Shown here in pieces: positions 54,800 through 64,000 of a stretch of DNA of 64,000 bases. The translations under genes were made by a program, and so were the position numbers. The DNA is from Gammaproteobacteria bacterium (GTDB lineage: Bacteria > Pseudomonadota > Gammaproteobacteria > Eutrophobiales > Eutrophobiaceae), in NCBI GenBank assembly GCA_965215365.1, contig CBDCDS010000003.1:2464001-2528000 (forward strand), read 5' to 3'. Positions within the stretch are counted from its first letter, which is position 1. The number at the start of each line of letters is the position of its first letter. The notes under the pieces were generated by a model, which made no database searches, was not told the DNA's origin, and saw only the letters and a list, made by a program, of their open reading frames with translations.

Positions 54800-54877
54800 A
54801 ATAATATCCTGTCTATCCTGTGCATCCATGTTAGCATTGCCAAAAACAGCATAACCCCGGAGGGAAACTGAGCAACT

Positions 54878-55774
54878 ATGTACCCTGCACCATTCCGTTA
54901 CCATCGCCCGGCGACACTGGGCAGCGCGTTAACGCTGCTGGCCGAACTGGGCACCGGCGCCAGACCTCTGGCCGGAGGGCAATCGCTGATCCCCATTCTC
55001 AAGATGCGTATGGATGAGCCGTCCGACCTGGTGGACATCGGCCGCCTCACGGAGTTGACGCATATCCGCAAGGGCGCAGACTGCTACCACCTCGGCGCAC
55101 TGGCGACCCACGCCCGGGTTGCTGCTTCTACAGCCGCGGCTGAGATTCCCGTGCTGCATGACTGCGCCGCCAACATTGCCGATGCACAGGTGCGGTCGCT
55201 GGGCACCATCGGCGGCTCGATCAGCGTCGCTGATCCGAGTAGTGACTGGCCGACCCTGTTGCACCTGCTGGATGCACAAATCGTCTGTCGCGGATTGGAC
55301 GGCAGCCGCACCATCGACACCCGTGACTTCATCACAGATTCCTACAGCAACAGTCTGGCAGACGGCGAGTTGGTCACCGAAATTCAAATACCGATGCCTC
55401 CGGCGAACAGTGGCGGCGCTTACCTGGGCTTCAAGAAGGCGGCACCGGCCTACCCGGCGGCGGCGGCCGGGGTACAGTTGACCCTCACCGCCGGCAACAT
55501 CTGTCAGACCATCCGGCTGGCGCTGGGCGCGGCGGGGCCTGTTCCGGTCACTTCCGGGGACATTGAACAGTCACTCGTAGGCGAACCGCTGACCGATGCA
55601 AAACTGCAACAGGCGGGCGCGGCCCTGGTTGATTTATCCAACCCACCCACCGATGCCCGCGGCTCGGCAGAGTTCAAACGCACTATGTTGCGTGCGCTGT
55701 TTATGCGCGCCGCACATGTCGCCCTGCAACGGGCACAAGGTGTTGTTGTCAAAGGGAAGCATGATTATGCCTGA
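54878..55774 (+). CDS. molybdenum hydroxylase FAD-binding (CoxM-like) subunit
   Basis: [27 protein letters not shown]. Confidence 0.9.
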   Translation: MYPAPFRYHRPATLGSALTLLAELGTGARPLAGGQSLIPILKMRMDEPSDLVDIGRLTELTHIRKGADCYHLGALATHARVAASTAAAEIPVLHDCAANIADAQVRSLGTIGGSISVADPSSDWPTLLHLLDAQIVCRGLDGSRTIDTRDFITDSYSNSLADGELVTEIQIPMPPANSGGAYLGFKKAAPAYPAAAAGVQLTLTAGNICQTIRLALGAAGPVPVTSGDIEQSLVGEPLTDAKLQQAGAALVDLSNPPTDARGSAEFKRTMLRALFMRAAHVALQRAQGVVVKGKHDYA

Positions 55775-56258
55775 AACATTACCCACCGTAGCCGTGCGCG
55801 TCACCGTCAACGGCAAGCCCTGCGAACGGCAGGTGGAGCCCCGACAATTACTGGTAGAGTTTATTCGCGAGGAACTGCGCCTGACTGGCACGCATGTCGG
55901 CTGCGATACCAGTTTCTGCGGCGCCTGCACGGTATTGCTGAACGGCGCGCCGGTCAAATCCTGCACCCTGTTCGCAGCACAAGCCGACGGCACCGCGCTC
56001 ACCACCGTGGAAGCCCTGGAGCAGGACGGACAGTTACACCCGTTGCAACAAGCGTTCTCCGAACAACATGGCCTGCAATGCGGTTATTGCACACCGGGGA
56101 TGTTGATGTCATCGCTGGCGCTGCTGGCCGAGAACCCGGACCCCAGCGCGCAGGATATTCGCAAGGCTCTGGCCGGCAACCTCTGCCGCTGCACCGGCTA
56201 CCAGAACATCATCAAATCCGTACAGGCCGCAGCCACGGTATTACGGCGGGAGGGCTAA
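55767..56258 (+). CDS. molybdenum hydroxylase 2Fe-2S (CoxS-like) subunit
   Basis: [30 protein letters not shown]. Confidence 0.92.
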   Translation: MPETLPTVAVRVTVNGKPCERQVEPRQLLVEFIREELRLTGTHVGCDTSFCGACTVLLNGAPVKSCTLFAAQADGTALTTVEALEQDGQLHPLQQAFSEQHGLQCGYCTPGMLMSSLALLAENPDPSAQDIRKALAGNLCRCTGYQNIIKSVQAAATVLRREG

Positions 56259-56261
56259 ACC

Positions 56262-59200
56262 ATGGATATGCAATTTTCAGGAGAATTCAGCGTCATGCGC
56301 AGCAAGGAAGAGGTCTTCGACCTGCTCTCGGACCCGCAACAGTTTGCCCCGTTACTACCGGGTTATCACAGCATGAAAATGAAAGATGCTCGCACCGCGG
56401 AAATTCGCGCGCGGGTGGGTGTCGGTAGAATCGGCGGCACTGCCACCACTGAACTGAGTCTGGTTGAGACGGGCGCGCCGCACCGCGCCCGCTATACCGG
56501 TCGGGGTAAACTCATGCAGGGGGTGTACCGCATGCATACTGCGTTTGAACTGCACGATACTGCCGGCGGCGGCACCCGGGTATGCTGGCAGGGCAAGGCC
56601 GAACTGACCGGCAAGATCCTGTCCTTGGCCGGCGGCGGCATCCGCGGTTACGCCGAAAAACAGATCACTCAGCTCATCGCCAGCCTAGCAGCGGTGCTCT
56701 CCAGCGCACCGGCATCGACACCGGACGCGCCGAGTGGCTGGCTAGGTCGCGCATTGTACGGTCTGCCCGGTGTCAGTGCCGCCAAGGCACCGGCGCGGGT
56801 GGAACCACCGGTAGCGCTGACGCCGGACTTGCAAGCACAACGCGAGATCGCCCAAAAACGCCTGCAAGCACTGCTCGAAGCGCGCCACGATCAGGTCACC
56901 CCGGCGCGGCGCGAGGACGAGCGCCTGATCAAGGGCCAGGGGTTGTTCGTCGATGACTACAGCCCTGCCGGGCTGTTGCACCTGGCCGTACTGCGCTCTT
57001 CCTACGCCCATGCCCGTATTGTCAATATCGATGTCTCCAGGGCACAAGCCCTGCCTGGCGTGGCCTGCACCTTAACCGGCAAGGAGGTCATGGAGCTGAC
57101 CGATCCGTTCATCCAGATCGGCGCCGGTAGCACGCAACAGATCACCGACTATGCCCTGGCCACCGACAAGGTCATCTATCAGGGCGACCCGGTGGTCGCG
57201 GTGGTCGCCGAGTCCGTCGCCATTGCCGAAGACGCGCTGCAACTGGTGGAGGTGGAATACGAACCTATGGAAGTAGTGCTGGATGCCGAGGACGCGCTGA
57301 CCGACCGGGTGACCCTGCACGAAGAGACCGGCACTAACACCATCTTCTCCGGCGTGTATGAATACGGCGACCTAGAACAGGCCTTCGCGGATGCCGCCCA
57401 CATAGTCAAAATAGACCGGATGGAATTCCATCGCTTCGGCAGCACCGCGCTGGAACCCAGCGCCTGTGTGGCAACCTGGGACCCGCGCGGCGAGATCGAC
57501 CTGTTTGCCAATACTATTATGACGGTGCCGCTGGCATTCCTGGCGCCGGCGCTGCGCGTGCGCATGGACCAGATCCGCCTGCGAACCCACGATATTGGCG
57601 GCAGCTTCGGCAACAAGATCACCAACTACCCGTACCTGGCGCTGTGCTGTCTGGCCTCCAGAAAAATGAATGGCGCGCCGGTGAAATGGATAGAAACCCG
57701 CACCGGCCAGATGCTCACGGGCGGACACGGCAGTGAACGCGTATACCTAGACACCGAGGTGGCGCTGGACTGTGACGGTGTGATCACCGGGTTGCGCTCA
57801 AAACATATCGACGACATCGGTGCCTACCCGCGCTATGAGCCGCTCGGTTCCGTGATCTGGTCGCAGGTGCTGCCGGCGACCTACAAGCTGCGCAACATCA
57901 GGATCGATTTTAACCAGGTGGTAACCAACAAAGGGCCGTCGGCACCCAATCGCGGCTACTCGCGCCTGCCGCATATCTGGTTTATGGAACGGGTGGTGGA
58001 CATCTGTGGTCATGAGCTGGGCATCCCCGCCGAGCAGATGCGCCTGAACAACTATATCCGCGAGTTTCCCTATGAAACGCCCAATGGCTGCGTCTATGAT
58101 TCCGGCAATCTACCGGCGATGCTGGCCAAGGCCAAGCAGCTGGTGGGCTGGGAGCAATGGCAGAAAAAACGGGACGACGCCCGACGGGAAGGCCGGCTGC
58201 TTGGTATCGGTATTGGCACCACGCTGGATTCAGGCACCAACAACTGGGGTCAGGCGCGCTATGTCAACCCGCAGGCGCCGTTCTCCGGCAATTCCACCGC
58301 AGCCACGGTGAAGCTGGATCTGGACGGCACGGTGGTAGTCAGCTTAGGCACCTTCCCGCAGGGTCAAGGGCATGAAACCACCACCGCGCAGGTGGTGGGC
58401 AAAGTGCTGGGGCTGCCACCGGAACTGGTGCAGGTGAAGACCGGGTTCGATTCGCTTAACGACAGCCATACCGGCCAATCCGGCACCTATGCCAGCCAGT
58501 TCGTAGTCACCGGCCTGTCTGCCGCGCATGGCGCGGCGCTGAAGCTGAAGGCGGAGCTGACGAAACTGGCCTGTTTCGGGCTTGATGCCAGTGCGGAAGA
58601 CCTGGAGTTCGGCGTGGGCGACATGGGGCCGCAGGTCAGCGTGCGCGGCACCGAGCGGGCGCTGAACTACTGGACGCTGGCTAATTTTATCAACTCCAAC
58701 AGCGCCAGTCTGCCGGATGAGTTGCGCGACCTGTCATTGCACGCCAGACATGTTTACATGCCGCCGTTCAAGGTGCCGGATGTGGAGAAAAAGATCGGCA
58801 ACCTGACGCTGACCTACGCGCTGCAACTGCATATTTGCGTGATTGAGGTCAACCCGGACACGTTCCAGACAAAAATCCTAGATTATGCCATCGTCGATGA
58901 CTGCGGCACGGTGATCAATCCCATGATCGTGGAAGGCCAGGTGCATGGCGCCGCCGCCCACGGCATCGGCGCGGCACTGCTCGAAGAAATTGCTTATGAC
59001 CGGGAAGGCAACGCCATTGCCGGCTCATTCACCGATTACGCGCCGATTACCATTAACGCCATGCCGGAACTCAAGTGCGCCAACCGGCAATCGCCCTCCC
59101 CGTTCACCTTCCACGGCGCCAAGGGCATGGGCGAAGGCGGCGGCGGGCCGTTGCACTCCGTCTGCGCCGCGTTACAGGATGCCTTGTATGGGCAAGGTCT

Positions 59201-59291
59201 CATCATCAAGCATTCCCATAATTCCCCCATGGCCATGTTTGATCGTTTTGCGGGGGGGTCTGAGCGGGGGGTTATTATCGAGAGTCGGTAA
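56262..59291 (+). CDS. CoxG/SRPBCC domain fused to a xanthine-dehydrogenase-family Mo-binding subunit
   Basis: The first ~150 aa are CoxG-like, then a linker, then RREDERLI, GGSFGNK, NRGYSR loop, QGQGHETT, EGQVHG, GAKGMGEG. Confidence 0.88.
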   Translation: MDMQFSGEFSVMRSKEEVFDLLSDPQQFAPLLPGYHSMKMKDARTAEIRARVGVGRIGGTATTELSLVETGAPHRARYTGRGKLMQGVYRMHTAFELHDTAGGGTRVCWQGKAELTGKILSLAGGGIRGYAEKQITQLIASLAAVLSSAPASTPDAPSGWLGRALYGLPGVSAAKAPARVEPPVALTPDLQAQREIAQKRLQALLEARHDQVTPARREDERLIKGQGLFVDDYSPAGLLHLAVLRSSYAHARIVNIDVSRAQALPGVACTLTGKEVMELTDPFIQIGAGSTQQITDYALATDKVIYQGDPVVAVVAESVAIAEDALQLVEVEYEPMEVVLDAEDALTDRVTLHEETGTNTIFSGVYEYGDLEQAFADAAHIVKIDRMEFHRFGSTALEPSACVATWDPRGEIDLFANTIMTVPLAFLAPALRVRMDQIRLRTHDIGGSFGNKITNYPYLALCCLASRKMNGAPVKWIETRTGQMLTGGHGSERVYLDTEVALDCDGVITGLRSKHIDDIGAYPRYEPLGSVIWSQVLPATYKLRNIRIDFNQVVTNKGPSAPNRGYSRLPHIWFMERVVDICGHELGIPAEQMRLNNYIREFPYETPNGCVYDSGNLPAMLAKAKQLVGWEQWQKKRDDARREGRLLGIGIGTTLDSGTNNWGQARYVNPQAPFSGNSTAATVKLDLDGTVVVSLGTFPQGQGHETTTAQVVGKVLGLPPELVQVKTGFDSLNDSHTGQSGTYASQFVVTGLSAAHGAALKLKAELTKLACFGLDASAEDLEFGVGDMGPQVSVRGTERALNYWTLANFINSNSASLPDELRDLSLHARHVYMPPFKVPDVEKKIGNLTLTYALQLHICVIEVNPDTFQTKILDYAIVDDCGTVINPMIVEGQVHGAAAHGIGAALLEEIAYDREGNAIAGSFTDYAPITINAMPELKCANRQSPSPFTFHGAKGMGEGGGGPLHSVCAALQDALYGQGLIIKHSHNSPMAMFDRFAGGSERGVIIESR

Positions 59292-59460
59292 GAATTAGCC
59301 CGCATATCTCACCAAGTGATGCGAAGATCGCACCGGATTTTTTGATGCGCCCCTTCCCTGGGGCGCCCCCCTGCGGGCGGATTTGTGCGCCTGCGGGTGC
59401 CTGCGAAGGACGACGCTACTACTGAGTAATTTCGTGTTTCGCAGAAAGTGTTTTATCCTC

Positions 59461-60351
59461 TTACGTCCGGTAAACGAAATCGGCTCCGATTTTCCACACT
59501 CCCTTCTCGCGGAAAGCGGGGATGGTCTGGCGGCGGGCGGCGTTGGTGACGGCCGGCGCCGAAAGGCCATGCCGTTTAATGTAATCCGACAATCGAATGA
59601 TTGTCAGCCCCTGTAAGTAACCCAGCCTCTTGTGCAGGGACTCCACCAGCGCCAGGGCCAGAATGGTTTCCATCGCCTTGGTTGCGCGCCGACTGTCATA
59701 ATTTTTCAATGCCTGATAGTAGTGGGCTTTTTCTGAGTTACGGATAGTCAGGCCCGGTAAATCAAGTTGCAGAAGTTGAAAATTGATCAGAACCCGTCCC
59801 ATGCGACCGTTGCCGTCGCAAAACGGGTGGATACTCTCAAAATCCAGGTGAAACCGGGCAATTTTGTCGAGAAAATAGGTGTCGAGGTCGCTTGAATAGC
59901 AGATGAGAATTTCATCCATCATGCGTTCGACATGTTCAGGCGCCGGCGCAATATGAGTCCCCACCCGCACATACTCCCCCTGCTGGCGCAAACGTCCGGC
60001 GATGCCATCGTTAATGCCGCCGATAAGCATCCGGTGCAAAAGTAGTATCAGGTCTTTGCTCAGTGCGTCATGTTTTGCTTTATCGCGTTGGTAGTTGATG
60101 ACGCGGGCCAGATTTTTTGCCTCAAACACTTCCCGCACAGACACGTTTCGGGACAAGCTCTGTTCCAGCAGAATGCGTTCCGTCTCTTCCAGCGTAAGGG
60201 TGGAATTTTCAATCGCGTTCGAGTTATAGACACTCTCGGTTATCTCTACTTCATCAATCATTGTCAGCAGCGATTCCTTGCCTTGACGCATAGTGTCATA
60301 CGCCAGTTTCAAATCCCGGATGCGGTTTCGTATCGAACGAGTGACGGCCAT
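59461..60351 (-). CDS. Fic-domain protein (class II-like)
   Basis: HPFCDGNGRMGR catalytic motif and an N-terminal SNAIEN inhibitory motif. Confidence 0.92.
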   Translation of the reverse strand: MAVTRSIRNRIRDLKLAYDTMRQGKESLLTMIDEVEITESVYNSNAIENSTLTLEETERILLEQSLSRNVSVREVFEAKNLARVINYQRDKAKHDALSKDLILLLHRMLIGGINDGIAGRLRQQGEYVRVGTHIAPAPEHVERMMDEILICYSSDLDTYFLDKIARFHLDFESIHPFCDGNGRMGRVLINFQLLQLDLPGLTIRNSEKAHYYQALKNYDSRRATKAMETILALALVESLHKRLGYLQGLTIIRLSDYIKRHGLSAPAVTNAARRQTIPAFREKGVWKIGADFVYRT

Positions 60352-60511
60352 GGTTAAATTGTAATTTATTCACGATATATCGTCAATATAGAGTGAATAA
60401 CAATATAAAAAAGTAAAAATTCATAATAGTTGAGTCTGCGGTCTGCACAGGGTATTCTACGTTTTTACATGCTATGTTTCCTTGGGTCGAAAACAACGCG
60501 AGCGCACTGAG

Positions 60512-61456
60512 ATGCTGATCAAGATACCCGACTCCATCCTGCCCTCTGAAATCACCGACCGGCAGGTTTACCTGAAGCGGCGTAAATTCATTCGGGATGG
60601 CGCCGGGCTGGGGGTGGGCGCGGCGCTGCTTAATTCCGTGTCTTTGGGTAGTCTGGCTGCGACCAAGCTGGCGACGGTCAGGAATGATGCGTATTCCACG
60701 GCTGAGGAGTGGACGGATTATGACGCGGTAACCAGCTACAACAATTTCTATGAGTTCGGCACGCACAAGAGTGACCCGGCCAGACATTCCGACAAGTTCA
60801 AGCCACAGCCCTGGTCGGTGGTGATTGACGGGGAATGTATGAAACCCGGCGCCTACGCTTATGAAGACATCATCAGTCCGCACCAGCTGGAGGAGCGGAT
60901 CTACCGGCTGCGGTGCGTGGAAGCCTGGTCCATGGTCATCCCCTGGGTCGGTATCCCGCTGGCCGATGTATTGAAGCGGTTTGAGCCGACCTCGCAGGCG
61001 AAATACGTCGCCTTTACCACCGTGCTGCGTCCCGAGGAAATGCCCGGCGTGCGGCGCCCGGTGCTGGACTGGCCTTATCGCGAGGGGCTGCGCATCGACG
61101 AAGCCATGCACCCGCTGACCCTGCTCACTGTGGGTCTGTATGGCGAGGTACTGCCAAACCAGAACGGCGCGCCGCTACGGCTGATAGTCCCCTGGAAGTA
61201 CGGTTTCAAGAGTATCAAATCCATCGTCAGGATAGAGTTTACCCGCGAGCAGCCCGACACCGCCTGGAACCTGTCGGCGCCGCAGGAATATGGGTTCTAC
61301 TCCAACGTCAACCCGGAGGTGGACCACCCGCGCTGGAGCCAACGCAAGGAACGCCGTATCGGCGAGTTCCGCAAACGCGAGACGCTGATGTTTAACGGCT
61401 ATGGCGAACAGGTAGCCTCGTTATACCGTGGCATGGACTTGCGCAAGCATTATTAG
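60512..61456 (+). CDS. msrP: protein-methionine-sulfoxide reductase catalytic subunit
   Basis: SEIT..RRKF Tat signal, [28 protein letters not shown]. Confidence 0.96.
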   Translation: MLIKIPDSILPSEITDRQVYLKRRKFIRDGAGLGVGAALLNSVSLGSLAATKLATVRNDAYSTAEEWTDYDAVTSYNNFYEFGTHKSDPARHSDKFKPQPWSVVIDGECMKPGAYAYEDIISPHQLEERIYRLRCVEAWSMVIPWVGIPLADVLKRFEPTSQAKYVAFTTVLRPEEMPGVRRPVLDWPYREGLRIDEAMHPLTLLTVGLYGEVLPNQNGAPLRLIVPWKYGFKSIKSIVRIEFTREQPDTAWNLSAPQEYGFYSNVNPEVDHPRWSQRKERRIGEFRKRETLMFNGYGEQVASLYRGMDLRKHY

Positions 61457-61521
61457 TGCAACAGCAATTTCCGAGGACTTCGCTCCGGTCGGCGAGGTTA
61501 ACGGGAGCTACCGTTAATTCA

Positions 61522-62115
61522 ATGAGAACGCGTTGGTCAAAGCCGTTGCTGTTCCTGCTGTGCACGCTGCCGTTCTGGGCATTGGTCTATAACGGCGTTA
61601 CCGACAATCTCACCGCCAACCCGATTAAGGAGATTACCCATTTCACCGGCGAATGGGCTTTGCACTTGTTACTGATCACGCTGTCGGTCACGCCGTTGCG
61701 GCGCTTCACCGGCAACAACTCACTGCTCCGGTTCCGGCGCCTGCTCGGCCTGTTTGCATTTTTTTATGCCAGCCTGCACTTCTGCACCTATTTGGTGCTG
61801 GACCAGTTCTTCGACTGGCGCGAAATCGTGCAGGATGTGGCCAAGCGGCCTTATATCACTGTCGGGTTCAGCGCTTTTGTGTTGCTCATCCCGCTGGCGC
61901 TGACATCGACTAACAGGATGGTACAACGGCTGGGGCGCCACTGGCGGCGGTTGCATTTGCTCATCTATCCCAGCGCTATTCTGGTCATCTGCCACTATCT
62001 GTGGCTGGTAAAGGCCGATATTCTGCCGCCGTTGCTCTATGGTCTGGCGCTGTGCCTGCTGCTGGCGCTGCGCATGCCCTGGTTGAAACCCGGAAAAAGG
62101 CCTTCACTGAGGTAA
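61522..62115 (+). CDS. msrQ: MsrPQ heme-binding membrane subunit
   Basis: TGEWAL, RRLLGL..FYASLH, KRPYITVG, LALTS, W..LH.LIY. Start uncertain. Confidence 0.92.
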   Translation: MRTRWSKPLLFLLCTLPFWALVYNGVTDNLTANPIKEITHFTGEWALHLLLITLSVTPLRRFTGNNSLLRFRRLLGLFAFFYASLHFCTYLVLDQFFDWREIVQDVAKRPYITVGFSAFVLLIPLALTSTNRMVQRLGRHWRRLHLLIYPSAILVICHYLWLVKADILPPLLYGLALCLLLALRMPWLKPGKRPSLR

Positions 62116-62123
62116 AAGCAGGC

Positions 62124-62684
62124 ATGAGACGTAATCGGCAACCCGACCGGGACGAAGCTGACCTGTTCCGGCGCACAGTGGGCGAGGTGACACCCCTGCG
62201 GCAGGATCGGGTTGCGCCAACCTCAAGTAAACCGCAACCGGTGGCGACGCAACGCCTCGCCGACGATGCCGCAGTGGTGAAAGAAATGGCGACAGGTTTT
62301 TTCGACACCGAGGCCATGGAAACCGGCGATGAACTGCTGTACAAACAATCCGGCATTCAGGATAAAGTGTTCAAAAAACTGCGCCGCGGGCAATTCGCAA
62401 TAGAGCAGGAACTGGACCTGCACGGCTACACCGTGCCGCTTGCCAAAGATGGCCTGTCTGACTTTCTCAAACACTGCCTGGCCCGCAACCACCGTTGCGT
62501 GCGTATTATCCACGGCAAGGGCTTACGCTCGAAACAGGGGCGACCCACCATTAAGAGCCTGATCGGTAAGTGGCTGCAACAACGCCGGGAGGTGCTGGCG
62601 TACTGCTCCGCGCGTCAGGTGGACGGCGGCACCGGGGCCATCTACGTATTACTGAAAAATCATCGGGGGCAGTACTCGCACTGA
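62124..62684 (+). CDS. Smr-domain protein
   Basis: LRRGQF..ELDLHG, IIHGKG, DGGTGAIYVLL. Confidence 0.92.
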   Translation: MRRNRQPDRDEADLFRRTVGEVTPLRQDRVAPTSSKPQPVATQRLADDAAVVKEMATGFFDTEAMETGDELLYKQSGIQDKVFKKLRRGQFAIEQELDLHGYTVPLAKDGLSDFLKHCLARNHRCVRIIHGKGLRSKQGRPTIKSLIGKWLQQRREVLAYCSARQVDGGTGAIYVLLKNHRGQYSH

Positions 62685-62776
62685 GCAGCTGCTCATAGCG
62701 TGCGCGCACTGCACCCGGTTGTGCGTTGTGCCTGTTAAGATCGGTGTCTGTCTATGGAACAGTTTCGCAGAGACCA

Positions 62777-63328
62777 CTACCGCCAGGTTTCGCAGGCCTC
62801 CCTCGTTGTCGCTATTCCCGTAACCGGGTTCACCCAACCCGCTTCACGATAAATCTGCGTACTCAAACACTTGGCAAGGCAACCTGATTCTGCACCCCTG
62901 AATATTTCATGTGCTCTGCAAGAGCCTGGGCTGCCGTCTCTCCAGCCGGAATCATACTTTGTCATTGTGCCGTTGCAGGTGCGCGGGGCAAAATGATCAT
63001 CATCCACCAGTTCATACGTTGTGCCACCGACCGTCACCCGTATTCCAGCCTCGTTCTTACAAGTATCCGTGACGGCCGCGAGCTGGAAAAAACGGATTTT
63101 ATCAATAAGTTCGGCCGACGGCCAGATTGTGAAGCATTGATCGGTCTCACCTGCGCCACATTTTTGAGTAGCGCTGGTAAGGGTAGGAGGAGCTTGATTT
63201 CTTATGTTTACTGCGTGCCCTTCGCGGATTTTTGTCACTGTCTGCGCCCCCGCCGGGAGCGCCACCGCTGCAAGCAGCAGGAAGGCTGTTAATTTAGTGA
63301 GGGGGGGGGATTTGAATAAAAATTTCAT
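62777..63328 (-). CDS. secreted Cys-rich hypothetical protein with a C9 tract in its signal peptide
   Basis: GAGGAG RBS; MKFLFKSPPLTKLTAFLLLAAVALPAGA signal; 8 Cys. Confidence 0.7.
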   Translation of the reverse strand: MKFLFKSPPLTKLTAFLLLAAVALPAGAQTVTKIREGHAVNIRNQAPPTLTSATQKCGAGETDQCFTIWPSAELIDKIRFFQLAAVTDTCKNEAGIRVTVGGTTYELVDDDHFAPRTCNGTMTKYDSGWRDGSPGSCRAHEIFRGAESGCLAKCLSTQIYREAGWVNPVTGIATTREACETWR

Positions 63329-63374
63329 AATTTTCTCCTCTCGGGTGGCTCCCTAGCATTTCTGCCAAGGCATT

Positions 63375-63833
63375 TCAGTTGTCGAAATCATCGATAAATT
63401 CAGGCCATTGTTGCGTGCTTCGGTCTGAGAACTGATCGACGTAATAACAGATAATGGGATGATAGGCAAGGCTTTTGTGAATGAGGTTTGCCAAGCCCTT
63501 TATAGAGCTGCCACAGTTATGTAAAAAATCGTACAGATCCTCGCCTGTTAATTTGTTTAATGTGTCTTGTATGGCGTAGTAGTGTTCCGGGTCGATAGGT
63601 TGTTCTGTTTCCATGAGGTTTTTTATTTGTTCCGCCGTGGGCCTGCTGTTCAGTCCTGCGGCATGTTTGGCAATGATTTTGTTTATGATGGCCGGGTGAT
63701 AGGTGTTTTTTTCTGTCGCGGTCGTTGAGGTGAAAGTGTGGACAGGTCTGGGCGGCAGGTTTTTATTACAGGTATCCTCCAAAAATGCCCTCCGTGGCAT
63801 TTTTGGAGGCGCACTATAGTTCATGGGTTTCAT
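63375..63833 (-). CDS. hypothetical protein (AT-rich)
   Basis: 152-aa ORF with no recognised motif. A family A palindrome lies in its 5' part. Start uncertain. Confidence 0.45.
   Translation of the reverse strand: MKPMNYSAPPKMPRRAFLEDTCNKNLPPRPVHTFTSTTATEKNTYHPAIINKIIAKHAAGLNSRPTAEQIKNLMETEQPIDPEHYYAIQDTLNKLTGEDLYDFLHNCGSSIKGLANLIHKSLAYHPIICYYVDQFSDRSTQQWPEFIDDFDN
63767..63818. repeat. repeat family A, medium form
   Basis: AGGTATCCTCCAAAAATGCC-CTCCGT-GGCATTTTTGGAGGCGCACT. Confidence 0.7.
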
Positions 63834-64000
63834 GGTTGAATTTTTTTTCTGCTATTTTTTTTAGCATTCTGTGGGCGTGGTGGTAAGGATTATCGGCGAT
63901 ATTCCGGCTTGTCAGTGCGCGTAAGGGTGGTTCATGTTGTACGATTGGGTGGCTGCTTCTTTTTTTAATTTCCTTGATGAGTCTGGGTAATTGTGTGGCA

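Noticed and set aside
54878-59291. aerobic CO dehydrogenase coxMSL
   Set aside because: The large subunit lacks AYxCSFR and AYRGAGR, and no coxDEF genes are present.
59345-59400. two GC-rich hairpins as a possible ncRNA
   Set aside because: They lie between convergent genes, match no RNA motif I recognise, and are more simply terminator or repeat remnants.

Overview
This is a GC-rich chromosomal window, most likely from a gammaproteobacterium (synteny rplU-rpmA-obg-proB, rpsT/murJ-ribF-ileS-lspA, ispH), with C1-metabolism markers (mtdA, fchA, and a TonB receptor of the family found in methylotrophs). The left end holds nadC followed by a scar of three deleted genes: a sensor kinase, an EcoRI-family methyltransferase and a DUF262-type nuclease. 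3.9-30.5 kb is a large uncharacterised catabolic island: several amidohydrolases, an M24-fold hydrolase lacking metal ligands, an orphan dipicolinate synthase A-like protein, an opine dehydrogenase, an enolase-superfamily enzyme, a P450, SDRs, an NCS2-like permease, a TonB receptor, an acoABC-like complex and a GntR. Five copies of a TTGTGATCACAA-type palindrome lie in its promoter regions. This putative regulon is the best candidate for an undescribed system. The right half contains housekeeping genes, a glycosyltransferase/glutaredoxin/DUF547 cluster between lspA and ispH, tRNA-Thr, an SAH riboswitch with metH, a CoxG-fused molybdenum hydroxylase, Fic, msrPQ and Smr. The intergenic DNA carries at least three dispersed repeat families, a heptamer array, and poly-C tracts in the signal peptides of two secreted proteins. 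No CRISPR array, transposase, integrase or reverse transcriptase was seen. All family calls come from motif recognition by eye; no database searches were run.
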